Origin: Camelus dromedarius
Lineage: Eukaryota
Assembly: GCF_036321535.1 (NCBI RefSeq)
Contig: NC_087472.1
Coordinates: 99,078,001-99,142,000, forward strand
Direction: 5' to 3'
DNA length: 64,000 bases
The notes below the pieces were generated by a model, which ran no database searches, was not told the DNA's origin, and was given only the letters and a program-made list of their open reading frames with translations. Every line of letters begins with the position of its first letter. The first letter of the stretch is position 1. The translations under genes were made by a program, and so were the position numbers. This document shows positions 1 to 12,730 of this stretch, in pieces.

Positions 1-400
1 AAAATTGGTAACAATGGAAAGATCCCTCAATGGATGAATGAATAGTTAAATAAACTGTAATACACTTACACGATGGGATGTTACTCAGCAATAAAATGGA
101 ACAAACTATTGATACACACAAGAACTTGGATAGATCTCAAGGAAATTTCTCCTGAATGAAAAAAAAGCCAATCTCAAAAAGTAAAATATTATAGGATTCC
201 ATTTATATAACATTTTTGAGATGTCAAAATTATAGAGATAGAAAACAAGTTAGTGTTTGCCAGAAGTTCAAGATGAGAGGAGGAGTGGAAAAGAGGTGGA
301 AGTGACTATAAAGGGATAGCATGAGAGAGATCTTTCTGGTGATGGAATAATTCTTTTTCTTATTTTAAGTTGTTGCATGAATGTCTATATACATTGCATC
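1..400 (+). mobile_element. Old L1M (L1MC/ME-type) 3' end fragment
   Basis: Typical L1 3' motifs: tactcagcaataaaatggaacaaactattgatacac, attccatttatataacatt, ggtgatggaata. Confidence 0.75.
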
Positions 401-409
401 TTTAAAAAA

Positions 410-1520
410 GAAAAAACAAATGTGGAGGACTTACACTATCTGATTTGAAGACTTGTAAAATGACAGTAATTAAAACTGACATTGATGTAAAAGTAGAAAA
501 ATAAATCAATGAAACCATGTAAGAGGTTAGAAATGAAACCATGCTTATATGGCCAATTGATTTTCAACAAAAGTATAAAGACAATTCGGGGGAAAGATAG
601 TCATTTAAATAAATGTTGCTGTTCCAATTGGATGCTTTTATATAAAAAATGAAAGTTGACCCATATCTCACACCATATACAAATGTTAACTCAAAATGGA
701 TCATAGATCTAAACCTAAAGCTAAAGCTATAAAAGTTCTAGAAGAAAGCGTAAGAGAATTTTTGTGACCTTGTTAAACATTTCTTAGAAATGATGCCAAA
801 AGCATGATCTATATAACAAAAAAATTGGTAAGTTGGACTTCACCAAGACTAAGAACTTCCACTCTTCAAAATCCTGTTAAAGGATTTGGAAAACAAGCAA
901 CTGACTGGAAGCAAATATTTACAATTCATATATCTGATGAACTTGTCTCCAGAATATATAAAAACTCTCAAAACTCAATAATAAGAAATTATGCATCCCA
1001 CTAAACAATGGGAAAAACATTTGAAGATATTTCACCAAAGAAGGTTTATGAATGGCTAATAAGCACATAAAAAGATGTTCAAAATCATAATTAGAGAAAT
1101 GCAAATGAAAACCACAATGAGATATTCCTGCATACTTGACAGATGGCAAAAATTAAAAGTCTATCCATATCAAGTGTTGTCAAGAATGTGGAGCATATAC
1201 TGAAAACTCTCATATACTGAAGGTGGAAATGTAAAATTGTACAACCACTTTGGAAAAATTTTGGCAGTTTCTTCCAAAGTTAAACATATGCCTACTATAT
1301 TATCCATCCATTCCATCCCTACTTCCCAAGACAAATTAAAGCATATCTCCATACGGAGATTTGTACCAAACATTCATAGCAGCTTTATTTGAAATAGCCC
1401 CACACTGGAAACAACCCAACCATCCATCAACATGTGAAGGAATAAACAAATGGTGGTATATCCATACAATGGAATACTACTCAGTGATAAAAAGGGATGA
1501 ACTGTTAGTATATACTCAAT
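410..1520 (+). mobile_element. Degenerate L1 ORF2 C-terminal region
   Basis: ggaggacttacactatctgattt, aactcaaaatggatcatagatctaa, gaaatgcaaatgaaaaccacaatgagata, tatccatacaatggaatactactcag; many stops and frameshifts. Confidence 0.9.
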
Positions 1521-1564
1521 ATTGTTAATATGTACTCAAGAAATCTTTTAAAAAGTGAAAAAAT

Positions 1565-1690
1565 AGTGATATCTAGGTTCTACTTTCAGAGCTTCTAATT
1601 TAATTTGTCTCAGATATGCCCTGGGCATCAGGATTTTCTAAAATTTCTAGGTGATTCTAAAGTGTAGCACAGTTTTTAAAAATCTCTGTA
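1565..1690. mobile_element. MER5-type hAT-Charlie relic
   Basis: ccctgggcatcaggattttc...aggtgattctaaagtgtagc resembles the MER5A/B end. Confidence 0.55.
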
Positions 1691-2624
1691 TTTCCACTTC
1701 CACCACACTAATTAAAGACTCTATCATCTTCATCTGTACTTGTCCTACTTCCTAAAAGACATCCTTCTTACAATATTACTTCCTTCCAAATCATTCTGAA
1801 CACCATAGGTAGATAAATTCTATCTATTGTGTCATAATTATAAATGAATAAAGAATAAATAAGTAAGCTGTTGAACCAGGTGATGCTTTTCAGGGTTGCC
1901 ACCTGTCATATGATGGATTAAGGACAACTTTTACAAATTAAAAGATATTGGTTTAAGGAGTAGGTATCTATGGGGAAAGAGAATACTCACAAGACTAAAG
2001 TCAGCTCTCAGAGATGATCATCATCCCCTAATCTGTCCATCACCCACTGGGGAGCATTTTCTGGACCTGACTTGAGTTTGACTCCAATGGAGAGAACATT
2101 TTACTCTTGATTCTGACTTCTTGTGGAGCAAATGTGAGATGGTGGCCTTGTTGTTGAGTGGAATAAGGATGTTATTTATGGAGCCAGCAGTCTGGATTTA
2201 GGATGCTAACTAACCCAGTACCTGAGGACTGTGGGGCCCTTGAAATGATAGAGTCGTCTGTGAGAGGAGAGGAGTGGTCGTGGACAGGAAGCTCTGTGTG
2301 CCATTGGAAGCTGAGCTTGAACACTGTCCCCCATCCAGTGAAAAGATGGATGGATGCTCCCAGATTCCAGCTAGCTATTGTCTAGGCAGCCTAGAGTGGG
2401 CATCTGTATCACATTTAGATACCCTGTTTTTTACATTATGAATAATTTCCTTTAAGTTTCTTTTGGGAGGGAGCGGTGTGTGGAGGGAAGGGCTGGAGTG
2501 AGAAGGAAGAAATTACATAAGAAAGCCCAACAATGTACATTCATAGGATGAAGATAAAAATCTCAAAGAAACTGATGGTCTGGGAACACTTACTATCAAT
2601 TTCATTGTTTTCCATTTTGTTTAG

Positions 2625-2655
2625 GAAATCCCTGCCAAATACTAATGCGGGAAAG
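2625..2655 (+). other. Candidate 31-nt internal exon (coding status unknown)
   Basis: Long polypyrimidine acceptor ttcattgttttccattttgtttag| and donor AAG|gtaaat; open in two frames (NPCQILMRE or KSLPNTNAGK). Confidence 0.35.
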
Positions 2656-3392
2656 GTAAATCCACAAGAGACAATATATGTTGATATTATCTTCTAATTG
2701 TAAAACCAGAAGCCTAATGTCACACTGCATGCCCTCAACAAATGCTGCCTGTCCCTACTTCTAGTAATGATCCCAAAGCACTTATTCAATCTGTTCATCT
2801 CCTTGAAACAACATTTCTTCAGTTGCTTTAATCTATATAGAAACATTTTTCATCCAACACATTACATAATCATCACTAACTTACAGCTGAGAATCCCAGT
2901 ACAATGGGAACCACCACTTTGGAAATTTACCTTAAAGCATTTCTGTTTTAGAGTCACATACACTAATTTCCAAATCCCTTACTGAGAAAGTTAAATCAAT
3001 ATAGACATTCATCTACTAGTTACTATAGAATATCCAAAGTTTCTTAAAACTATCAAAGAAATACAAACACTAATTAACTATAAGATGGTATAGCAAATAT
3101 TTATAGTTCCAGAAACAAGTTTGAAAGTTAAATACATATATATATGTATATATTTATATAAATGTATATATATGAAATATTATATATTTGGGGAAAAGGG
3201 AAAATGATTCTGAAGTAACTGAGCACCACTTCTTATTCCATGTGCTCAGCATTGTATATTTTATGTTCTAAAATTCTCTCATTTTACCAGTAAGAAAATT
3301 CCACATGAGTATGATTGTCCTGGAGATCAGTCTTGGCATTTTCATTTAACAGTAATGTTTCTTGGCTTAACCAATGCTGGCTTTATTTTCAG

Positions 3393-3432
3393 AGCTGGCT
3401 TCTTAGGCTGCCTAAGAAGATGCTTTGACTAG
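3393..3432 (+). other. Candidate exon start, possibly the stop-containing exon spliced to 2625-2655
   Basis: Branch-like cttaac (3366-3371), then AG-free ggctttattttcag|. Joined reading gives ...NPCQILMRERAGFLGCLRRCFD* (TAG 3430-3432) or ...KSLPNTNAGKSWLLRLPKKML*. Product not recognised; 3' boundary unknown. Confidence 0.3.
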
Positions 3433-3937
3433 CATATGGTGTTTCTTGCAAGGATTTTAAACATTAATTTACAAGGTGATTGAAAAAGGTGTCTTGATAA
3501 ACAACTGCTTTTAATATAAATACATGTCTGTGAGCATCTCTTTACCAGAAAGCTTGACTATTCTTCATCCAATGGATGCTTGGGCTCATGTTTCCTGTTT
3601 ATAACTGTATTACTTAAGGGAGAGCTGCTGGAAATGAGACTTGTTCTATCTCTTTACTATAATATAAAAGAATAATTTTCATTTTCTTGACCCTAAAACT
3701 TCTGCTTGTCTGTGCTAGAAAAGTGAACACTCTCTCAATTAGCTTTGCATGGTTTATTCTTGGCAGTGTTAAGGGACGACATTAATTGATTTGAGGACAA
3801 AAGGTTCATAGTTCTTCTTAATGAATATTGCCCAAATCTGGAAATACAGATTTAACAATGCAGTTCTAAAAAGTAGCTTCATTTAGACAGAAAATAACAC
3901 TTAATAATCAATATGGAACCAGGCCGATGAAACTCAC

Positions 3938-4101
3938 ATGTAGTCCAAACCAAAAGTGTTCACATATTAGACCCTTTGCAGAGATGAATTGCAGATATGC
4001 CTTTGAGAATACAATCTCATACTCCTTATTTTTCCTCCAAGAAATATAGTCAAAATGTTTTCCCTCTCCAGGCGCTATGCCAGGCACATGCTGTGCAGGT
4101 G
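3938..4101 (-). other. Candidate 164-nt minus-strand exon
   Basis: Acceptor cattcacttttgacag|, donor CAT|gtgagt; one frame fully open (PAQHVPGIAPGEGKHFDY...HFWFGLH). Confidence 0.3.
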
Positions 4102-4219
4102 CTGTCAAAAGTGAATGTCACTGTAGCTAAACTCATTTCCTGCCTAAGTCAGTCCTAAGTTCCCAGTACGTTTCTTCCTAATGTTTACCTTTCCTGCCAA
4201 TGCCTTATAGGAACCTCAC

Positions 4220-4428
4220 CCTTCATCTTTTAGAGAAAAGAAAACACTCGATCCCATTTAGCAATTATTAAGAAGTAACCAGTACTGCTGGCCATTGTTT
4301 GCCTTCCTGTGCTCATCCATTCACTACTCTGGTGACATGGGAGTTCCTCATTTGCCTCAGACTGCACATCAGGGGCCTTCAGAAGGTGATTAATCATTAT
4401 TTTGAGGCAAGAGACCACACACAACAGC
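4220..4428 (-). other. Candidate 209-nt minus-strand exon
   Basis: Acceptor cccttatgtcttcacttcctcag|, donor AGG|gtgagg; leaves a 118-nt intron to the 4101 acceptor. Confidence 0.3.
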
Positions 4429-5438
4429 CTGAGGAAGTGAAGACATAAGGGTTCAAGATGAAGTTCAATTTCATAAAGCCAGCTCGTCGTAACTAAATTG
4501 ATGACTGAGTTCGCCCTCTTTCTCCTTTTGCTGCAAGTTGTCTCAGAATTTAAAGTTAATGTCTATTGAGGCCCCGGTGAATAATAGCACTAGCTGATAC
4601 CCCAGAACTTTGGGGAAAAATGCTGATAGGAGCCCTCTGATTTAGAGAAAGAATCTACTAGAATATGTAAAAATACACAGATGCTCAACATTGATCATCA
4701 ACTGCTGGAATATCAAGAATTGTTTATATCCTTGGGAAAAATACCTTAAATTTCTATAGATAAGCAGTTTGTACTTTTTCACCGTTCTTTATGCAGTCAG
4801 TTGGCAAGGATTTATTGAATGTCTGTACGTCCAGTATGTCTACAGCTTCAAGCAGAAGGAAAACTAAAGGAACTCTAGTATTACCCAATAGTAAGTCAAC
4901 AAGCTACATGGAAATCCAGAGTTTCTTTGGAGGGAGGTTTCCAGTAGAATTCGAAGCTAAAGAATAATTTTTCTTACGTTATAGTTTACATAGATAATAA
5001 TGATAATAAATAATACTATTGATAGAAATTAAAGCATTTGGAGCTTTAACAAGTTGCTCAAAATCACAAAATATGCATAACAAAGGGAGAAAAAAGTTCA
5101 GAGGTCTTAAAGCACTAGAACTTTTGCTTTCTCTAGAATCTGGATAAAAGTTCCCAGGAAATTGGGTTTCCTGCCTTGGTTTCTTCATATGTGAAACGGA
5201 AGAACGAAATGAAAAAATGTGTAAGTAGCACTTAATAGCGTAAATAGCACACAGTAAGCCTGTGTAAGTATGTGGTGTTTATTGCAGATGAACAGTTTGC
5301 TCCAGGCATAGAACAGCTCCTGTAGTCTTAGTAACAGAGGATGATCACACATTGCAGGTTAAATTGAGCAAATCAAAGCTTCCACCTTTAAAAATGTAAA
5401 AACTGAGCTGAGGAATAGCCTGATTGATATAGCTAAGC

Positions 5439-5672
5439 CAGTGTGTGTGAGTTAGGGGCAATATTGCTGCCCACCCCCCCACCCCCGCCCCCGCCCCCGC
5501 CCAGGGACATTTGGAGACATTTTTGGTTGTCACAACTTAGAGGAGATGATACTGGCATCTAATGGGTTCAGGTCAGGAATGCTGCTGAACATTCTATAAG
5601 GCACAATTCAGCCCTCAAAGCAAAGTATTATTTGGTCTAAAATGTATATAGTCCTGAGGCTGAGAAACCCTA
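5439..5672 (+). mobile_element. MER20 (hAT-Charlie) with expanded C-rich tract
   Basis: ggagacatttttggttgtcacaact...tactggcatcta...gaggctgagaaaccct. Confidence 0.9.
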
Positions 5673-7287
5673 GTCTCAGCTGCTGGGCATAAATTAGGAC
5701 ATCAGTTTTGCTTATGCTATAATAGAACCATTGAGGGTGTCAGATGTAGAAATGGATTTTCCTTAGCATGTATTTGTTTGATAGAAAAAAGTAAAAGGAG
5801 CTGGGTAGCATAGCAAGTTTCTATGATACAGTATCTCCTTAGATATATAAAGAAACATAAAAAGCTAGGAGTGATTTTAGAACAGCATCTTAGAGGGATA
5901 AAATGGGAGGATCTTATGAAACTGAGAATGAGGACTCAATGAAACATTAAACATTTTCTAGGCCTGAATGCATGACTACAGAGTCATACTGGAATTGGCA
6001 CTTATAAGAGGACCAAATTTAAAAAGTGTTTCCACAGATATATCTCTTGGTCATTTAAAATTTAAAAGACAAGAAAAAATGGACTTAAAACTCAATGGAT
6101 TTGATTAGAGTGAGATTTTAATTAAAGGATGAAAAAAGAGCTTCAATCAGGGAATGGTGGCTTTTTTTGCATTGTAAAGCTTTCACTTATAAAATTTACT
6201 TATTTAAAGAGGCACACACATTCAAAGAAACTAAATACAGAAGGAGAGAAGTCTTGTGACCCAAAGGGTAAATATCACAACTTCAATGTTTTAATTAAAG
6301 ATGGCATTTAGGGACATCAAACAGGTGGTGACAACTAGATTTTGTTAATTTTACCATTCTGAACAACAACAAAAAAATAGGTGAAAAATAGAAAGAGAGC
6401 TGTAACATGTTTTTGCATAGCATTTTACTATGTACAAAGTTCTCTGGCGGTATCTCATTTATTTACAGAGCAATATGGAAAAAAACTTATTTTTTTCATA
6501 ATGCCTATTTACTCCCAGGTGTCCAAAATACTTGGCTTCTGGTAACAGCTCCATTGAACTATTGAGTGAATGTGTGGATTCCAAGAGCTCAAGTGGCAGT
6601 AATTATAATCTAAAAACATCTAACTCAATAATGGTAGTAAGAAGTAGATGGAAGACATAACCTACATCTGAAGACAGCCTATCATACCACCAACCTAATG
6701 CACTGGGAAATAATAAGTGGATAACTCTAGCTGCTGAAATTCACAGGGAGCCATATAAACCTAATAAATCACTGATAGAGGCTGTAAACTTGCCAGCAAA
6801 TCAATTACAATATCTTTGCAATTCCTTTTTGTTTGTAACTAAAATAACAACACAGGGGATTTGAAAAATAAGCCATCTTTGATTGCTTAAAATCACTTCT
6901 TGAGGTGGTGAAAGACATCCCGGTCAGCATTTATTAGCAAGGCCTTCATTATATCATTTACAGCATGTATTTGTTAAATGGGAAAAAGGATTCTTTACAT
7001 ATAAATATGATAATGCTAACCCATTATTAGTAGGGCATACAATTTGAGCTGTTTTTCTTGCAGTTAAGATGAATTTGTATTAAGTAAGTTATGTATTCTT
7101 GTCTTGCTTCAAGATACAACAGGACTGAAGACATTATGTATGGTACAGTTTATCTTTTAATCATAGATAATTAATAAATGGAGGGATAAAACTCTGGCAA
7201 ATCCCTAGATTTCCTTTTAGGAAGTACGTTATGCTTAGGATCAATTGAGAAGGATTCCAATTGTTAGATGTGTAATACATTTTAGGA

Positions 7288-7483
7288 TGATAGAATCTTA
7301 GAGCTAGGCAAAGCCTTAAGAATATCTAGTGCTAGCTTATAGTTGCAAACGAGAAAGCTAAGATTCAGGGAAGTTAAGAGACTCATCCAAGTACACATAG
7401 CTAATGTGATGGCTTATCGGGATCTAGAATTCAGAGTTCCAAACTGCCAATTCAGTGATTTTTCCATCATAACATACTGCCCT
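7288..7483 (-). mobile_element. MIR SINE
   Basis: gagaaagctaagattcagggaagttaagagactcatccaagtacacatagct is the MIR core, antisense. Confidence 0.75.
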
Positions 7484-8149
7484 AAGGTCATACTTGGTTC
7501 TACCACTACCTTTGTAACAAAAGAATCTCATGCCATTTCATCAAGAGCATTAGTACAGAGATGCTCTGTGAACTTATTTGAGTCAGCTTGCAAGAGATAA
7601 GACTTCAAGTTCATGTCCATTGCTTACACCATCTCAGAATTACCAATTCTTTCATCACTGTCCAATGAAAGAATGTATGGGGAGCCATGTGTCCATTTAA
7701 ATTCTGTCATTCAAAGTTTTACATCCCTTCAGATGTTCTGGGCTTGTTCACATTCTCAAGGTGTAGTCTTGGGCAGAAGCCATCTACTGATCAAATAGCA
7801 CATAAAGTAATTTTTAAAATTCAGATCTAGAATATCCTTTAATAATCATCTGTCTCTAATGGTTATATTTCAACAAGCTGCTTTCCAGTCCAAAAACAAT
7901 TTTATGTGTATTAAGAATATGCTCATACTAGATTTTGGCATTCTACTACATGGACAAAGATGTGAATGTGACCGTGAGGTGAACAAACTGAATTTGAGCA
8001 GCCTAGATGTGAATTAAGAGAAAAGTTGCCCTGAGAAAGACACCTTTAATAACGTCTAAAAGGTATGGCAAACTGAAGTCTGGTTTGGGGAGATATGTGG
8101 ATGCAATGTAAGAGTAAGATTACAGCAGAAATGGTGAGGTGGAAGAGAT

Positions 8150-8584
8150 GAGAAGTGCAAAAGATTGTATCTATGACCCCAATTTCCCACTTCTACCCAT
8201 ATCCATACCTTTTGTATATAACTCTGCAGTTCTTTCCAGCATAGATGGGACATAATTCCTTAACCCCAGGTTTAGTCACAATGACATGCTTTGGCCAATG
8301 GGATTAGCAAATGTGATAGAGGCTTGAGAAGTGTTTGCCTCATTTGGCTCACTCACTCTGTGCTTATGCCTTCCCCATGAGAAGGACATGCCTAACTTAG
8401 TCTGTTGCTCCCAGGGCAGGATGAAAGTTACGTGAATAAGAGCTGCTGCAGCTAAGGTATTCTTGATTGTCCAGCCTAGAGAAAAGCCCATCCAACACAA
8501 GGGTGTATGTGCTATGATAAATAATGATTGGTGTTTGCCCTGAGTTTGGGAGTAGTTTGTTGTACAGCAACAGTTACTTGGTAT
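8150..8584 (+). mobile_element. MaLR solo LTR (MLT1H/I-like)
   Basis: gacatgctttggccaatgggattagcaaatgtga...ccatgagaaggacatgcc...gtagtttgttgtacagcaa. Confidence 0.75.
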
Positions 8585-10227
8585 AGAAAGAGCGGTTTCT
8601 TATGATTTGGAGTTATCTGACTGTTCATAGAAGAATAACAGGTAGTGGCAGGAGATCTTGAAGAGCAAAAGCAGCCCTTCAGATGAGGAAACGCACAAGC
8701 CCTAAGCAAGCTACCGTGATGATTTGCCTAGCAAAGGAGCTGGATTTGGGGGTGGGAAGTGGATAATGGTGTTACAAGAAGTGGTCTTAACCTGATTAGA
8801 GAGGTTTATGAGGGCCAGGGTTGGATTAAGGAGTGTCTCCTGAGGTCACAGGGATTGTCACAGGCAGTGGGGTTATCAGTGTTGAAAGGCTTGGCACACA
8901 GAAGGTATTTAATGTTTTTGTGTGACTAAATAGATGAATGAATGAATCAATGCAGGAAACTAAATTTTAAAGCAAGATCAGACTAATGGTCTAATAGAAC
9001 TGGACAGGAAGCTGTGAAAGCCAAGACATAAATGTGTGTGTGGTGGAGATGGGGGAGTGAAACTCAGGCAGCCCCTAGCAAGAGTAGGCACACACAAGAT
9101 GAAGAAGTGTACCTATGAGGGTGCAGGTCTCCAAAAAAATACTGTTGGTGAGACCTGTGTGACAGAGTGGCATGAGGGACTGTTTGAGACCGTTTCCTTC
9201 TCTAGAGATTATGAAGTAGAGATTATAGACTAAAGTAGACATTATAGCTGAGATCAAGTCTTATTTAGAACAAAAACAAATTTTCCCAGACTGGATTCAA
9301 AGAAGGCTTAGATTTTGGCTCAAAGATTCCATGCCACCTGGCATTTTCCATAAAAAGAAAAACTAGGGGTACTGAGAGGAAAGAGAGCAGTCCTTTTGGA
9401 GGTGTGCCTAGGGTCCATCTGCAAATGGATTTTAAGCCTTGATCACTATTCCTTCATCAGTGTTTCTGTATTCCTCTGTTCCTCCTGTATTCCTAAACGA
9501 ATATTATCCCTTCACCTCAGCTTCCTGAGACAGGTGGGGTGGGGGGGGGTCATTTTTTTGGTTACTCCACAGTATTGAGAGAACTAGTCAATATTTGGTT
9601 AGGTCTACAAGAGGGAATTGATATCTTTATCATTGGGCATATTGCTCTGCCTCCAAAAGTACTGGGGTGAGATGGGAAGTGTAAGAGACAATGTCTCTTA
9701 AAAAAAGTGCCTGACCACTCAAGTTCCCAGTTTTTACTTTCTGAAGGGTGTGAAAAGATGGATCCCTCCTGTGTCAACAGGTCCCAGAGACAGGCTGCAA
9801 AATTGGTAGGATACTTTGGAGCAAAGGTGCTCAGAGGAGAGTGGTGAATGTGGATGTGGTAGGAGACCCCAACTGAAAGTCAGCTTGGAACTGTGCTGAG
9901 TCTCCCACGAGAGCAGCTTGGAGGTGATTCCTTCATCAGCAGGGCTGTTTGGATCATCATCTGCCCACACTGAGTCTTTTGACAATAGGATGACTGCTCG
10001 GTGAAAAACTACACAATTGGTTCAATTAACTTGCCATTGGTGATCATATACAGAGATGACTGTTCTCTTTCACTGTTCTTTGTCTCCACACTGGAGAATG
10101 TATAACATGCTGGGAAGAGGGAAGTGGGGTCAAATAGACCATAGACCATGCCCTCCTTTAAGCCTGCAGAGCAGTGGATCTCAACTCTATCATACTCAGT
10201 GCTCTTCCACCCAGATTTGTCTCTGAG

Positions 10228-10614
10228 CTTTTTTTTTTTTTTTTGATGTGGTAAAATACATAACATAAAATGTACTATGTCAACCGTTTTTAAGTGAACG
10301 GTTCAGTACTGTTAAGTACATTCACGTTGTTGTGCAACCAATCTCCAGAACTCTTTTCATCTTGCAGAACTGAAACTCCATACCCATTAAACAGTAACTT
10401 CCCATTCCCCTTCCCCTAAGCTCCTGGTAACCATCATACTACTCTCTGTCTTTATGAATTTCACTGCTTTCTTACTTATATAGGTGGACTCATACAGTAT
10501 TTGTCTTTTGTGACTGGCTTATTTCGCTTGCTTAATATCATCAAGTTTCATCCATATTGAAGCATATGTCAGAATTTTCATTTCCTTCCTTTTTAAGGCT
10601 GAATAGTATTCCAT

Positions 10615-10659
<45 letters not shown>

Positions 10660-10875
10660 GAGATAGATATACAGACAGATATAGATATAGATATATCACA
10701 TTTTATTTATTCATTCATCTGTCAGTGGACACACTTGGGTTGCTTCTACCTTTTGGCCCTTGTGAATAATGCTGCTATGAACATGAGTATACAAGTATCA
10801 CTTTGAGACCCTAATTTCAATCCCTTTGAGTATATACCCAGAAGTAGAATTGCTGGATCATACAATAATTCATTG
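10228..10875 (-). mobile_element. L1MB-type 3' end with poly(A) tail
   Basis: Poly-T, then gtggtaaaatacataacataaaa...ttgtgcaaccaatctccagaac...atacccagaagtagaattgctggatcata. Confidence 0.9.
10616..10696. repeat. Compound microsatellite (TG)n(TA)n plus (GATATA)n-like tail
   Basis: Directly visible. Confidence 0.9.
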
Positions 10876-10934
10876 AAAAAATGTTTTGAATAACATTTAC
10901 CCCATTTTAAAAGAAATATTTTATAACGTGACTC

Positions 10935-11430
10935 TTTGAGGGTGTGTGGTGAGAACACTTATGATCTAGTCTCTACAAATTTCAGCTCCACAATACAGTA
11001 CTATTAATTATAATTGCCATGCTGTATAATAGGTCCCCAGAATTTATTCATCTTGTAACTGAAAATTTGTATCCTTTGACCAACATCTCCTCATTTCCCC
11101 CACCCCAAGCCCCTGTCAACTACCATTCTAATCTGGTTTTCTGAATTCAATTTTTTAGACTCCACATCACACTGTATACCTTAAAGAAAATGACATTGCT
11201 CAACCTAAACATATGCAATTTTTATTTGTCAATCATGTCTCATATTTTTAAATTTAAAAAAATTGGGGGGAGGGAGGTTATTAGATTTATTTATTTATTT
11301 TTAAAGGAGGTACTGGGGATTGAACCCAGGACCTCATGCATGCTAAGCATGCACTCTACTACTTGAACTATACCCTCCCCGCTACTTGAGCTATTCCCTC
11401 CCCCTCATATCTCAATAAAGCTGGAAAAAT
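10935..11430. mobile_element. L1MA-type 3' end with 5' inversion (minus 10935-11167, plus 11165-11430), interrupted by a SINE
   Basis: Antisense gtgagaacactt...ttagactccacat joined to sense catcacactgtatacctt...aataaagctggaaaaa. Confidence 0.75.
11243..11404 (-). mobile_element. tRNA-derived camelid SINE (Vic-1-like)
   Basis: Minus strand ggggagggtatagttcaagtagtagagtgcatgcttagcatgcatgaggtcctgggttcaatccccagtacctcc (A and B boxes), A-rich tail; TSD tcatgtctca (11233-11242) / tcatatctca (11405-11414). Confidence 0.9.
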
Positions 11431-11469
11431 TTTTAATAAAGTGGAAAAATTAATTTTACAAAGGATAAA

Positions 11470-12730
11470 TATTTAATATCATCCTCTGTGCTATAATGAG
11501 ATGAAATTCAAGGGTAATATAATCTATGAAATATCCTGTGATCTAAAGGAGAAACAAAAGGAATGTAATTTATAACATAAAATATATTTCAAGTAAATGT
11601 TTGAGCACAATTACACTAGAAAGAGTCAGATGCGTACTTCTACTTATAATAAAGAAATTTGGATTTAAAAGAAATAAGAATTTTAAATGCATATTACTAA
11701 GTGAAATAATCCTATCTGAAAAGGCTATGTTCAGTATGTGTTAGGGTTCTGATTCCAACTATATGATATTCTAGAAAAGGCAAAACCATAGAGATAGTAA
11801 AAAGATCAGTCATTGCCAGAGGTTAGAGGGACAGGAGGGATGAATAGGTGGAAAGAAGGATTTTTATGGCAGTAAAACTATTCTGTACAATACTATAGTG
11901 GTGGATACATGTCATTACAATGTACATCACCATGAACCCTAATATAAACTAAGGATTTGGGGTGATAATGAGGTGTCGCTGATTATAACAAATGTACTGT
12001 TCTGATGTGTGATGTTGATAGTGAGGGAAGCCATACAGGGAAGAGGTATATGATAAATCTCTGTATTTTCTGCTCAGTTTTACTGGGAATCTGAAGCTAC
12101 TCTAAAAAACAGTTGATAGTAATAATAATAATAACAATAATAATAGTCAACAGCCCAAATCAGGTAATTTTCAATTTAAAAAAAAGGAAATAGGACAATA
12201 TACAATCGAAACTTTTAAAATTTTTGACATTTCGAAATAAAGGCTAAATAGTTATATTTGTGTATGTTACTGGAATGTCCATAGTGAGGACAGGTTCATA
12301 ATACAGACTGATTTAGGTGTGTTGTGTTGGCCACTCAAAAATGAGTGGCATTACCAGTGATGGTATGATTTTCCAGATTGGTAAACAGCTTCTAGTAGAA
12401 TTCCACCCCCACAAAATGCATTCTTTCCTCAATGTATAGGTAGTAATATTTACATTCCTGGAAAATACAATGAGTATTTAAATTGTGCAAAATACTTTTT
12501 TAATTTAAAAAATGAAATTATGCTCTATATTTAATAATTATTAACAGGTTTTTGCTATGATGGATGTCCACTGGGACATTGAAAGTAGTGTAGGAAGTAA
12601 ATAAATTTTCATGGATTAGGTTTGTCCCACACTGTCTATCGATTCTGACCTCTTCCTACTACATGTCAATAATGCTCCTCCCAAAACGCTGGGACCATAC
12701 ACCCACAAACTTCCTTAAGAATAGCAGTTG
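11470..12730. mobile_element. Probable hAT-Charlie relic (MER20B-like) split by an L1MC fragment
   Basis: Recalled similarity of 11470-11660 and 12190-12730; end region tgtcccacactg...ctactacatgtcaataatgctcc is MER20-like. Confidence 0.4.
11680..12110 (+). mobile_element. L1MC-type 3' UTR
   Basis: gattccaactatatgatattctagaaaaggcaaaaccatagag...gtggatacatgtcatta...ctactctaaaaaa. Confidence 0.85.

Noticed and set aside
5470..5502. (CCCCCG)n GC-box/G-quadruplex tract as a promoter
   Set aside because: Expansion of the native C-run of MER20; no CpG island around it
11300..11404. tRNA gene
   Set aside because: The tRNA-like head has an A-rich tail and TSD, so it is a SINE
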